A stretch of DNA of 63,932 nucleotides, filler included, from Licmophora abbreviata (Eukaryota), in NCBI GenBank assembly GCA_900291995.1. It is 13 parts of 13 records of this genome, joined end to end, with 100 filler letters (N's around TTAATTAATTAA, not from the genome) between each part and the next. Parts side by side here need not be neighbours in the genome. Positions count along the whole stretch, not along the records: positions 47,577 to 57,372 come from OLMU01005181.1; positions 57,473 to 61,811 come from OLMU01005182.1; 11 more parts are not named here. One strand, written 5' to 3'. The notes under the pieces are model-generated. The model worked only from the letters and a program-made list of their open reading frames with translations. It made no database searches and had not been told where the DNA came from. The position numbers and the translations under genes were made by a program. This document shows positions 49,107 through 60,333 of this stretch, piece by piece (positions within the stretch are counted from its first letter, which is position 1; each line of letters starts with the position of its first letter).

Positions 49107-50575
49107 CTAAACGCGCTTGTGGTCGTCCGCATCTGGTTCATTTGCCTTTTCTTCTGGTTCCATTGGCCTTTGCGGCAACGTCGTGAGTTCAGTAGTGTTG
49201 CCGACATTGATCGCCAAGGCACTAGCGCCATCCGGACTGAATGCCGTTTCAAGGTTAGGGTTGAGCTTAAGCTGCACGCGCATGTGCATTGAACACGTCG
49301 CTGGATCTACTTGTGAGACATTCGACGCCACATACGCAGCCTTCGCCTTTTCCCAGTACTCGCGTGCCTCCAATTCCAAGGACGCTGCATCACCTCGAGC
49401 TTCATGCAGCTGTCCCTCCTGAAACTGTACAAAGGCTTTGACTTTAGCTGGTAGGGTGTAGAGGGGGGACGATTCCAACTCATTGGCCACTTCGAGTACC
49501 ACTTGAGCCTCATCAAAGCGACCGAGCCTCGTCAAGGCCGCCGCACAAAACGCAAATACTCGCGCTCGCCTGTCAGGCGCAAAGTCTATAGCATCTGATT
49601 CGCGTCCTTCCATCATGGCAGAGACCTGTCGCTCCGGAGTATCAGGCTCGCGGCTATCCACCAGCGCCAAGAGCTGCTTCACGTAAGCCAGAGTTTTTTC
49701 ATCATTCGCCGCAAGGGGGTTGCTGAGTTGCGACAAACGCATATCCAGTTTCTCGACAAGAAGTTTCTTCGCATGACCTTTCAACTGTCGAATCTGACTT
49801 GCTGGTATCCACGGGTTACCATCTTCCGGCTGGTCCACGATAGCCTGTAGGACCTCAATGGCCTCGTCAAGTCGCCCTTGATCACTGAGACTTTGTCCAA
49901 GCGCTAGATGTGCAGCAACAAAATCTGGAGATTCCTCTAGCAATTGACGTAAATGTACTTCTTCCTTGTCTGCCATCCGCAAGCCTCCATGACAAACAGC
50001 CAGTTCGTATCGAAGTTGGTTTCGAAATCTCCGCTGGTCGAGTTGTGAATTACGGGGTACATCGGCATGAAGCTGTGCAATCGCGCGTTTGAAGTGAATT
50101 AGCGCTTGTTTTGGTTTCTGTGACATTGTATAGACCTGTCCCAGGCCGGCGTGTGCCATGACGCAACATCGATCCTTCTTTATACACTGTTGAAAGGTGA
50201 GACGTAGTGTGTCCAGGACGTTTTGGATCTGAGGATCTTGGCGCCGACTGGCATTTTGCATCTCGACGGCAGCCTGATTTGCGCGCTTGTCCGTTTCTAT
50301 GCGAATGGCGAGTGGCTGGAGAGGAATCCGACGCAAGTTGACTGGCTTGACGAGAATGCCTTCTTTTGATTCTGATCCAAGACGACTTGGTAGCGTACTG
50401 CCGCTTCATCGTATCCGATGACTTCTCCGATTTTGTCATTCAATTTTTGCGCATTGAGAGAATACAATTGAACAAACGAACCTTCCTCCAATGGAAGCTC
50501 TTCGACTGACGGTGGGACGGTGTCTTCGTCGGCGCCCTGCTTCTCAAGAGCGGCAGCGGGTGATGAGTCGGCCAT
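49107..50575 (-). CDS. TPR-repeat protein; apparent frameshift at 50359-50360
   Basis: TPR-like helices (AHAGLGQVY, AHLALGQSLSDQGRLDEA, LGRFDEA); adding one base joins the 50575 ORF through KKGILVKPVNLRR. Confidence 0.7.
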
Positions 50576-50957
50576 GCTCGTCGATTGAAACCTTGATTCC
50601 AAACTGCAAACTGAAAGAAAGTTTCAAGTTGCGCTTTGCGTTTACGAAGAATACTCGTACGATGTTTTACTTTCAACATTCTCGATTCCCTCTTTCTTAC
50701 CTCTTACTCGCCCGACTGAGATTACTACGCAAGCACGTAGCATTGTACGAACAAAGTAAGCAATAAGTGGTACACGTAGAAAGTACGATACCAGAGTCGT
50801 CGTAGAAGCTACGTGCGGTCCCAAAATTCTCCCCAACAGCCACCCTCATCTCTTGGCCTCGCGCCCTGTTGCCGTTCCCCCCGTCGCTCTTTTCAGCTCC
50901 CCTCCGGCTTTGCCGACTGTTCCCCTTGCGCCTACTATCCCAGAATAATATTCCATC

Positions 50958-51834
50958 ATGCCGACAAACGCAATGCACCGTAACTGTGAGTAAAATGAAC
51001 GAATTTGGACGAAAAGAACCATCATGGTCTCGACGCGATCGCTGGCCTTCGCTCGAGTTGGTTCTGGTTTTGTGCGAACTCCGATGGCGTCATCTGCGAA
51101 CCCCTTTGTTATGATTTTGTTTGCACTCTGGTGCTTTGTTTGGACGTAGTTGACGTTTCGACCAATCAGAATACAGGACGGTTATCCGGTGTTCGCAACC
51201 CTTCGAATCTCGAAGAGCTACGCTGATTCCTTTCGTATGATTGTTCACTGACATACGCGACCTTTCTGTTGCCTTTCCCCCTCGTGCAGACCGTAAGACT
51301 TTCAAGACTCCCCGTCGTCCCTACGAAAAGGAGCGCTTGGATGCCGAGCTCAAGCTTGTCGGAGAGTATGGTCTCCGATGCAAGCGTGAGATTTGGCGCG
51401 TTCAGTTTGCCCTCGCCAAGCTGCGAAAGGCCGCTCGAACTCTTCTCACCCTGGATCCCAAGGATCCGAAGCGCATCTTCGAGGGAGCGGCCCTCCTTCG
51501 TCGCATGAGCCGTTACGGACTCCTCGCCGACGACGAGCTTGAGCTCGATTTCGTCCTCCAGCTCACCACCCAGAAGCTGCTGGAGCGCCGTCTCCAGACT
51601 AAGGTGTACAAGCAGGGCTTGGCCAAGTCCATCCACCACGCCCGTGTTCTCATCCGCCAGCGCCACATTCGCGTTGGAAATCAGCTCGTTAACGTCCCCT
51701 CCTTCAACGTCAGGACGTCCAGCGAAAAACACATTGATTTTGCCACCAACAGTCCCTACGGTCAGGGTCCTCCTGGACGTGTCGCCAAGAAGCGCGCCGC
51801 GTCGAGGGCCGCTGCAGGAGAGGAAGAAGAGTAG
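50958..51834 (+). CDS. RPS9: 40S ribosomal protein S9 (uS4); intron 50986-51289
   Basis: Spliced [50 protein letters not shown]. Confidence 0.97.
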
Positions 51835-52414
51835 GCGATTCATAGTCTCCTCGTTCCCTTCATACAGACAGTAGTGTGGGTGAAAATTGATAAGCTTTCC
51901 TAATAAGCATCATGTATACTGCTACTCTCGATTTTGTGTATGCAGTAGCCTTCGCCTGTCCTAGTTCTATCGGTAGTTTCACAAGACCTGGGTAGGTATG
52001 CATGCAAGGACCGGCTCTGAGTTCAACGCTTCCATGTCCTCTGTTATGTCGTGTCCTCCCCAGTCATGTGCATGGTATTGGCCTCTTCTTCTCATAAGCG
52101 AAACAAGCTCCTCCAATCAAGCCGTAGATTCAATGGCGTCACGCTCCCCCTCGGATTGGTCTAAAACTTCTGACTGGACAAGGGAAGCAGAGAGTTCTGA
52201 TTGGCCACGATGGGGAATTTGGAATTTGAAATTTGAAATACCAGACATGAGTGACGTATGATACCTCAACCCTCTTTCACAATGGCGACTGATGGCTGAT
52301 GGTGACACCGCAGCAGATTACCAATAGCGCCGCCATTGCAGTCTATCGCTCTAGTTTCTTGTTTGTAGATCACATTCGATCAATATCAGTCCTTATTGAA
52401 AGTTCTCTCCCGGT

Positions 52415-52849
52415 ATGAAGGTGTTCTCGCTCTTACTTGTGTTGGCAGTGAGTCCGAGGCTGTCGGACAGCTTCACGGCAACAACACCAACAACAAGCCA
52501 ATCATGTCGACTCAGCAGTCGTCTTGACGCCTCGGCGACATCACGAGAGGAGAACCGTGTCTCATTGAAAGATGGTTCCCCCATGACTCGCAATTCATTC
52601 TTGTCGTGGACAGCTGCTACAGCAATCGTTTTTACGGGACTTCCGGCAGGCGCAAAGGACGTCGACCCCTCTCTCAAGGGCACCAAGAAGGATCCGGCGT
52701 ACGAGACGTGTGTTTCGACATGCATGTACGACTGCACTAAACCCAAAGGAATGGAACAGAAGAGTCGACAGGAGTGTCTTCCAGAGTGTAAGAGTAAATG
52801 CGCTACTACCAAGGAGCAGCTCATGATTGGAACTCCCACGGCCAAATAG
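52415..52849 (+). CDS. Small Cys-rich protein, predicted plastid / thylakoid-lumen targeted
   Basis: Signal peptide ending SDSF, Ser/Thr/Arg transit peptide, second hydrophobic segment ending AGA, two CX3CX3C motifs. Confidence 0.7.
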   Translation: MKVFSLLLVLAVSPRLSDSFTATTPTTSQSCRLSSRLDASATSREENRVSLKDGSPMTRNSFLSWTAATAIVFTGLPAGAKDVDPSLKGTKKDPAYETCVSTCMYDCTKPKGMEQKSRQECLPECKSKCATTKEQLMIGTPTAK

Positions 52850-53254
52850 TTTATGCTGTCGCAGTGTGCCATATCAGCGATGTGCGGTTGTCTTCCCAAT
52901 CAACGTACCGGCATCTTTTCTGAGACAGACAACAGCTGTAAGAACTGGAGAATAACTGGCACTGGAGAAGGCGCTGAACGGAAGGTCGCTAGGAGTATAG
53001 ATGGTAGCTTCGACAAACGAGATTCACGATATTCAGGTGTTCTCTTATATATATATATACACTACAGTAGTAATGAGTGCCTTGCTCCACAGAGAGCTAG
53101 AGCAATCTTGATGGCCTTTATCCTCCATGCAGTACCCGTAAAAAGTGCATGATGTGCCTTGACTGTCCCTCGCATCATCCTTCTACTACCATAGCACAAA
53201 CGTGTCTTTGTGATTGGTCCGGTATCCGAAGACGCCACGTTCCAATGTGTATCG

Positions 53255-53803
53255 CTACTGCCAGCCTCCCTTACTTCCACTGCTTCCAATATTTGCAGTT
53301 CCTCCTTCTTCCAGAAGTTCATACCGCGTCGTATTGATAGTGACAGTCTCGACGAGTTCCGAAGACACCTCTAATCCAAACGGCCAAAAGCAAATGTAGG
53401 CGAACTTGAAACACTGAATACCAAAAGGCAAGCCCACGATGCTCATGCATAAGAGTATGCCTGTACCCAGCTGCTGTAACGCCAGTATCCACCCTGCCGT
53501 AAGCACCCATATGACATTACAGCAGCAGTTGCAGCCGCGACAATGGTTTCCCTCCATGGGCGGACACGTGACAGTCTTGCCGAAGGGAAAGAGCAGAAAA
53601 CAAGCAATCTTCAAAACTTGGAGTCCACAAGGAATTCCGACGAGACTCAAACAGAGCAGTACTCCAATGATGAGCCACGCCAGAAACATGTGCCACCCGC
53701 CCACCACGAGCCACAGCAAATTGAGAATCCACGAACAAGGTCCTCGGCGATCGCGAACAAACGACACGCGGACCTGTTCGTCGGGGGCAAATCGAGACGT
53801 CAT
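53255..53803 (-). CDS. YccF-domain (DUF307) membrane protein
   Basis: Two repeats of NxxW..GW....G..LC.S.VG.P.G.Q..K.A....[FW]PFG. Confidence 0.85.
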   Translation of the reverse strand: MTSRFAPDEQVRVSFVRDRRGPCSWILNLLWLVVGGWHMFLAWLIIGVLLCLSLVGIPCGLQVLKIACFLLFPFGKTVTCPPMEGNHCRGCNCCCNVIWVLTAGWILALQQLGTGILLCMSIVGLPFGIQCFKFAYICFWPFGLEVSSELVETVTINTTRYELLEEGGTANIGSSGSKGGWQ

Positions 53804-54196
53804 GCTGCCTTTCCAAAATAAAATGTCTTTTACTGGGACCGCACAGTCGGGGTCGTCAACAGATCCAAAGAAGTGTAAGTGAAGTGAAAAGGCTCGTGTG
53901 CGGGCTGAGCTGAGGGCTTCATCAGGTTTCGAATGAATCAGGAATTTGAAATTCGACTCAGTCGACCCGACCCGCCCTCACCGGTCATCGCGCGAGTGTG
54001 AGGGTCTCAACGCTCGCCCGCCGCCCTCAAACCGTCCCAACAAAGGATCGCAGCTTGCTTCGGCGGGATTCATTCGCGGCTCCATTCGTCCCGTTGGCTC
54101 TTTTCTGTACATCTAAGAAGCTCTGCACAGCAGTCTCAGTCTCATTTGATCTTGGAACCTTCGTGTTGTGTTCCAGGAGCGACAGAAGGCTCCAGA

Positions 54197-56393
54197 ATGA
54201 CCTCAAACAAAGAATCGCTGCTTGCGTCCCTGACCGACGTAGATGTCGGTACAAGTCCAACGGATGCCAAAGAGCAAGACTTGTTCGGAGATGTGGTGGA
54301 CGAATCACCTCCTTTGTTTGCCAATGACGACCCTTTAGAGGACCTGGAGCCAACCCCTGCGGCACAGGCGTCATCCCCAGCAGTGACGAACGGTCCGGCA
54401 CCAAACGGGAAGGCCTTAGCTTCGAAACTTCTCGCGGGCAGCGGCTTGTTGGAGGCGACTTCAAGTGCGCCCTCTGGGGGCGGAGGGGGGTTGTTCGATG
54501 AGGTGGACCAAGAGCAGCAGCGTCTGGAACAAGAGGAACGAAGGCGTCAGGTCCAGCAGGAACGTCTCGAACAAGAGCGACGGCTACAGGAACAAGAGAG
54601 ACTCCGCCAGCAGCAAGCGGAGCAGGCGCTCGCCCAACAGCAGCTGGTGCAACAACAACAAGTGCAACAGCAGCAGCAACAACAATATCTGCAGCAGCAA
54701 CAAATGGCGAATCAGATGCAGAGCATTACTATTTCGTCGCCAGGTCAAACGTATACGAACGTCGACGCGCCTGCGTACTCGCCGCAGCAGCAGTTTTCGC
54801 CTCAGGGCTTTTACAGACCACACGATTCGGTCCCCGGAGGAGTTACCGTCCCGAGTGCTACCTCTCCACCGCCTTCTTCCATTCAGTCAAACGCCTATCA
54901 TGGGTCTATGTTGACGTACACCACAACGGGAGGTCCAGTTCAGACACACACGTTTCGTCCTTCAATCACAGCTGGGATGCACAATGCGACCAACATGGCT
55001 CGTCCCCCGAACGTACGCGGGACATTGAAACCACCCGAAAACGTCCGGCCCGTATACACAGAAATCGAAGTGTCAGATCCTATCCTGGTGCAGGGTCACG
55101 GAGGCTTGTTGACGGTGGTCGGAATGCATTCGCCCCCTCATTGGTCGTATCAAGTCACGTGCAAAGTTGCGCCAGAAGAGGGCGGGGGATCGTGGTTGGT
55201 GCGAAGGCGCTTCCGACATGTTGTGGCGTTGGAAGATCGGCTTCGTCAAGAGTGTCCGGGAGCTATTTTACCGGCGAGGTACGACTCATCGAGCGATGTC
55301 TCTGCGCTCAATTCATGTTTGCTAACTATCCTCTCGACATTCATTCAACAGACCAGAAAAGCATGCAACGCGTGCCATCGAGGAGGCCTCTACAACGCAG
55401 ACTGCGGAATTTGCAAAGCAGCGTGTAGAAGAGCTGCAGGTCTATCTAAGGGCACTGTGTGACCACCCTATTGCCGGACATGCCTCCGTCTTGAAGTTGT
55501 TCTTGTCTCTGCAGGACGACATGGGCACGGCATGGCCCGAAGTGAGCAGCAACGCCCTGACGCGCCTGAGCGCAGTGGGAGCCGGTGCGGCGATCATGGT
55601 GGCGGAAACATCGGCTTCTTTGACCGAAGGTTCTGCTACTTCCAGTGCGCTCAAGGTGGGAGAGAGCAATGCCGAGTTGCTGGCGTTGGCATCGAGCGAG
55701 GGACTGCGTATGGGAGCGGTGACACAGGCCGTTCCGAAACTGGAAGGCTCTGTCATGCTGATTCGAGAACAAGGGGAAATGCAAGGAGCATGCGGTATGG
55801 AACTCAACAAGCTGACCAAAGAACTAGGGGAGAGCGATAAGGATCTTACCGTTCCCCTCCAGTTCCTCAGCAGCGGCCTACTGCGCAGTAGTCGCCGGAC
55901 GAAGCGATTGGCCATGGAACTGAGTGCTGCCATGGGTACGTTCGTGAATCAGTACAAGCTGTGCAAGTATGAACAGAAAGCCTTTCAGGATCGCCGACAG
56001 GCCCTGCAGCGGTGTCAAAAAGAACGATCCAAGGCTGACGTCCGCGCACAGAAGCTCTTGTTGCAGCAACGCGCAACGACGGGAGTCTATGGCGAACTGG
56101 AACGTGCTGAACGCGACGCCGTCGTGAGCGACGAAGTTGCGGTAGACGCAGGACAAGAGTGCGAGCAAATTGGCGAGCGTCTCAAGTCGGAAGTCAACCG
56201 CGTGGCCTATGAGCGTCGCTCGGAGTGGAGCAAGAGTATGAAGATTGTCGCGAGCGCAATGAAGGAGGCGAGTAGCGAGCGGGTGGCGATTTGGGAGAGT
56301 ACGCGTGAGCCGTTCCTACAGGCGTTTAGCGACGAGGCTGCAGCCGAGGGGCAAGCCAGTGCCGGTGGCGGCGCAGCAGTGGCATCGAGCTAG
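54197..56393 (+). CDS. Sorting nexin (PX plus BAR/Vps5-like) with Gln-rich N-terminus; intron 55279-55351
   Basis: PX motifs VRRRFRHVVALEDRL, PGAILPARPEK, LCDHP, LKLFL; helical C-terminal region; CAG/CAA-rich tract about 54510-54710. Confidence 0.85.
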
Positions 56394-56513
56394 TGTGTAG
56401 TGTCGACTACGCCGCTCCTAGAGAATACTAGATTTTCAACAAGCACGATCGATCTTCTAAACTCTAGTAGCTAGAGAGAGTAGACCAAGCTCCCGCGCTC
56501 CTGGTCTAGTCAC

Positions 56514-57372
56514 TTAGCTTCTCAAATTTGCCAAACGCGCCTCCAGGTCATCCGTAACAGGGTTCTCCTTTGCTGGGGCCTTGAGCGAAGGTGTCTTCTT
56601 TGCGATAGGCCCGGCCTGCGAGAATGCGTCTCCAAGCTCCAAATTGTTCGAATCGGCAACTTGCTGTACGAGTTCATCGACTTGCTCTGCGGGAGTCGAA
56701 GTGGCAGTTGTCGAGTCCATGACACTATCCATGTAGCCAGTTTTAACATCCAAGTCCTCAAACTGCTCTTCGAATTTGTCCATGAGAACCGAGATCTTTT
56801 GAATGTCCATGGACGCAAGACTCTTGTCCATGCCCCTAACGACCCCCTTCATACTGCCCGTGACCTGGTCCATGCGAACTGCCGTCTCGAGACGACTGGC
56901 GCAGGCATCTATTCGCGACGCCATGCGCAAGTGATTGAGAGATTGATTCTTTTCGCGAATAGCGTCCTGCGCGTAAATACGAGCTCCTTCGTGGTTTCCT
57001 TGTTGGATGGACTAGAGACAAGGAAAGGGAAAGAGGAGGTGAACAATCTGTTGACGAAAACCGCTCACGAAACTCACGGCCCGAACGAACACAGGCCGGG
57101 TGGCACTGTAAGATGCGACCGAGTGACCGATCAGAGTCCTCAAGTGCCATGAAAAACGTAGGAGCGACAAGGAGCAAAGCTGATGGGGTATTTATCCACT
57201 CAGTCTTCCGACCCTAGGTCTCCCAGTTCTCTAGGCGAAAATCCAAAGCACGACCCACCTTTTTCAGCTTTTCAATCGCGGCTTTCTCATTCTTTTCACA
57301 CTTCTTCGACGAGCGCTGCATCTGCTTCGAAGTGATCTTGAGATTGATCAGCTCCTCTTCTAACGAAACTTT
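56514..57372 (-). CDS. CHMP1: ESCRT-III CHMP1/Did2/Vps46, 5' end in gap; intron 57012-57258
   Basis: ELINLKITSKQMQRSSKKCEK, GARIYAQDAIR, LRMASRIDA, MDKFEEQFEDLDV and C-terminal MIM1-type DDLEARLANLR. Confidence 0.93.
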
Positions 57373-57877
57373 NNNNNNNNNNNNNNNNNNNNNNNNNNNN
57401 NNNNNNNNNNNNNNNNTTAATTAATTAANNNNNNNNNNNNNNNNNNNNNNNNNNNNNNNNNNNNNNNNNNNNGGGGTGACTTCTACAGCATGCTTATTCC
57501 CAATCTTTCAATTTGTGGAGAAGTGCATCTCTTTAAAGTGGGCTCCAAGGAAAGCCCGACAAACGTCTCCTCCATCATGACCTCACTTTGTACGGGGAAA
57601 TTAGAATCCACCTCTCTCTACTAGAGCGCCGTCCAGTGCTCAAGCGATACAAGGTGAAGACCTCCTCTGCAAACGACTCTCAACAGTTCAAATGCCTTTC
57701 TTGTCTTCGTTGTCAAGATGCGTCCAGCAACGCGGTCGCTGCATATACTTCCGACGTGCGCGAAAAGACGTCTGTCAGACATGTTGCTTCAACTTCGTCG
57801 AGACGACGTCGTCATCGAGCATACTCTAAAGGTTTTTCAGTGGCTTAACCAATCGAGCAACAGCTCTCATCTCGAAT

Positions 57878-59623
57878 CTACTCTTCTTTCCATACGAAAG
57901 CCTGAAACACGCGCGGGTCAAAATCACAGTGCTGGTCGTCCCAGTTGTACATATCAATGAAGGTGCGATTCGCTTTGTCGAACTTGCAGCACGCGTACCA
58001 GCGCAATGTTGCTTTGAGCGCTTCCTCGTCCGTACATCGCACTCGCACGGCATATGGTACGTATTGGCTTGTGAAGTGGCCCTCACCCCAATATTCTGAC
58101 GAAGAAGAAAAATCGCTTTCCATGGAACGCCAACTCTTTTCCGGAGCTTCCCGCTCATCATCGTCGTCCTCCACAACGTCATGTTGACTCAGAAAGTCCT
58201 CGAATGGCAGAGAATCTATCACGTCATACCAGACTTCACCGTTTCCACGCTTCAGTCGCAAGATTGCCACAACGTGCTCGTGAAAAAAGACGGTCGCAGC
58301 TGCCCTCTTTTCGAGCGGAACGGTCATCGACAGAAGCTTCCAGAACGCGTCTACGTGCTGATCATCAATAATGTTCCCCCCGCAAACAGACACAAACTGG
58401 CTGTGTGAGAGCATTCCTCTCGTCAGTAAGAAGTCATGTACATCCGAAGGAATGATAAGAGCATCTTTTGTCAATCCCAATTCGGTTCGTACTTGTGCTA
58501 GCAGCACGGGCGTCTCGTCATCAATGACTTGTCGGACGGACGAGTCGGGCAAGCCTGGATCATCCGTCTGCCTATAATTGGAAAAGTGATGAAGACAAAT
58601 TAATGGGGCAATAACGGTACACCCATTGATGCTTCCCGGCAGTCTCCCCTGATAGGTATCCACGTGATTGATGCGAATCATTTTGGAAGCACGGAGTTGT
58701 TCAAAGTCTTCGTGATAGCACCGACGCAGAGTGAGAATGTCGATCTCTGAAATGGACTTGGTGCGAGCGCGACTCGTAGCTGTGGATATAGATGTCATGG
58801 AAGGCACACGATCCGTCAACGACACGTCCATGCCACTCAGATATAACGCGCGCTCTAAATCCGTTTCGGAAGACGAGAATGACGGTCGGCGGGTGTGCTG
58901 ATCTGTCGACTGATCATAGGGTCCCGTGGCTGCCTCCGGAGCGATGCGATTTGCAGTGTTGTCATCCACTGTCGTCTTTGCTTGAGATGGACAGATCCCC
59001 TCCGAGAAGGACTCGCTCAGCTGTGCACATAGCATGCCAGCATCCATGTAGCCAAAAGAGTTCTGCTCCTTCTGCTGTCGGTCTCTGAGCTCACACAATT
59101 CTTGTTCCACAACGACGCGGTCCTTTTCGTACGCGTGAGGAGAGACAGTAGCCTGCTCGCCTGCTAGGCGAGCCAGCTTTTCCACTCGCACATTCTCCAG
59201 AGAAGGGTCGTACTCGGTCTGTTGTAGAATCTCTTGGAGCTGCTGTGTGACGCGCAACGCTTGTTCTGTGTTCTGTTTTCGATCTTCATCATGCCGCGAC
59301 GAGTAAAAGTACCCATGCTTCGGAATTTCCAACAACGCCATTTCAACAAACTGCAGTCCGACTGCGTAAGCAATCTGAAACGCGTGCTGCTCCAACAGAG
59401 CATCGAAGGCGATCAAAATTTGCTGGTTCAGGGCGTAGTGCTTTTCAATCGGGGTAATTCGGTATGAGTCTCCCAGAGATCGAGTGCGGCGATGGAGTTG
59501 GCGAGGAGATGAAGGCGACGGGGGGTTTTGCTGCGCGTCAGTCCGATGACGTTGCAAGATAGATGCGGGTGGAGGGTCTTTTGGAGAAGATTTGGTCGGG
59601 GATGGCATATTACGGTTGCTCAT
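57878..59623 (-). CDS. Uncharacterised 581-aa protein: USP8/AMSH-like N-terminal helical domain plus putative Cys-His-Asp protease domain
   Basis: Intronless ORF; AYAVGLQFVEMALLEIPKHGYF; YQG...NGCTVIA; FFHEHVVAI; WYDVIDSLP. Confidence 0.7.
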   Translation of the reverse strand: MSNRNMPSPTKSSPKDPPPASILQRHRTDAQQNPPSPSSPRQLHRRTRSLGDSYRITPIEKHYALNQQILIAFDALLEQHAFQIAYAVGLQFVEMALLEIPKHGYFYSSRHDEDRKQNTEQALRVTQQLQEILQQTEYDPSLENVRVEKLARLAGEQATVSPHAYEKDRVVVEQELCELRDRQQKEQNSFGYMDAGMLCAQLSESFSEGICPSQAKTTVDDNTANRIAPEAATGPYDQSTDQHTRRPSFSSSETDLERALYLSGMDVSLTDRVPSMTSISTATSRARTKSISEIDILTLRRCYHEDFEQLRASKMIRINHVDTYQGRLPGSINGCTVIAPLICLHHFSNYRQTDDPGLPDSSVRQVIDDETPVLLAQVRTELGLTKDALIIPSDVHDFLLTRGMLSHSQFVSVCGGNIIDDQHVDAFWKLLSMTVPLEKRAAATVFFHEHVVAILRLKRGNGEVWYDVIDSLPFEDFLSQHDVVEDDDDEREAPEKSWRSMESDFSSSSEYWGEGHFTSQYVPYAVRVRCTDEEALKATLRWYACCKFDKANRTFIDMYNWDDQHCDFDPRVFQAFVWKEE

Positions 59624-60333
59624 GATGCTGGGTCAAGCCTATGGTTTCGAACGGGATTCGATTCGTAGCTCAAATTTGGAGTTTGCCCCGAAGACTTCAC
59701 TGGTTTCCTGGGTACCAAGTAGAGAAAGAACTGTACTGGTACTTCGATTGTAATGGTCACCCAGATGCAGCGTAAGATCAGAAAACAGCGTGAGCAGCAA
59801 CGCTACCAGGTCAGTAACAGTACAAGTAGAGGGAATCAATCATTTCTGATGCCACGGAACGGTCGCCGTCGCTGATGCGATTGATGCGGTGAATTTTATG
59901 TTGAATGTTGCAAGATTGCTCGCTTACGATTTATCGCTAAACACATCTGTTTATAAAATTAGGCCCAACAGAATATCGACGGGATCTAATCCGACTGACT
60001 CGACTGACTCGATCGCTCGTTTGTCTACTCTGTCCGCATATTGAATATGGTAGACGTCTCATAGATCTACTTCTGTTGAGCCCCGAAGGATGTAACGACA
60101 TTGACCTCCGATATAAGAATTGCAAGGAGTCACGGATGCTTTCATGTGCGTGCTGGATGACTTGAATCTATCGATCGGAGGTGCGGCACATGTACTTCTG
60201 AAGATCATGTAGTGCGCGAGCGGCAGCGAGGTGGTCCGCTATTTTCTCTCGCTGGCTTGAGACAATACGACGGCGTTGATGGTACAATTCACGAGAATGC
60301 TAGCTCAATGGGCTAGGGCCACTTCCTACGCTA

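Noticed and set aside
54510..54710. CAG/CAA repeat tract
   Set aside because: Encodes the Gln-rich region of the sorting nexin; ordinary low complexity
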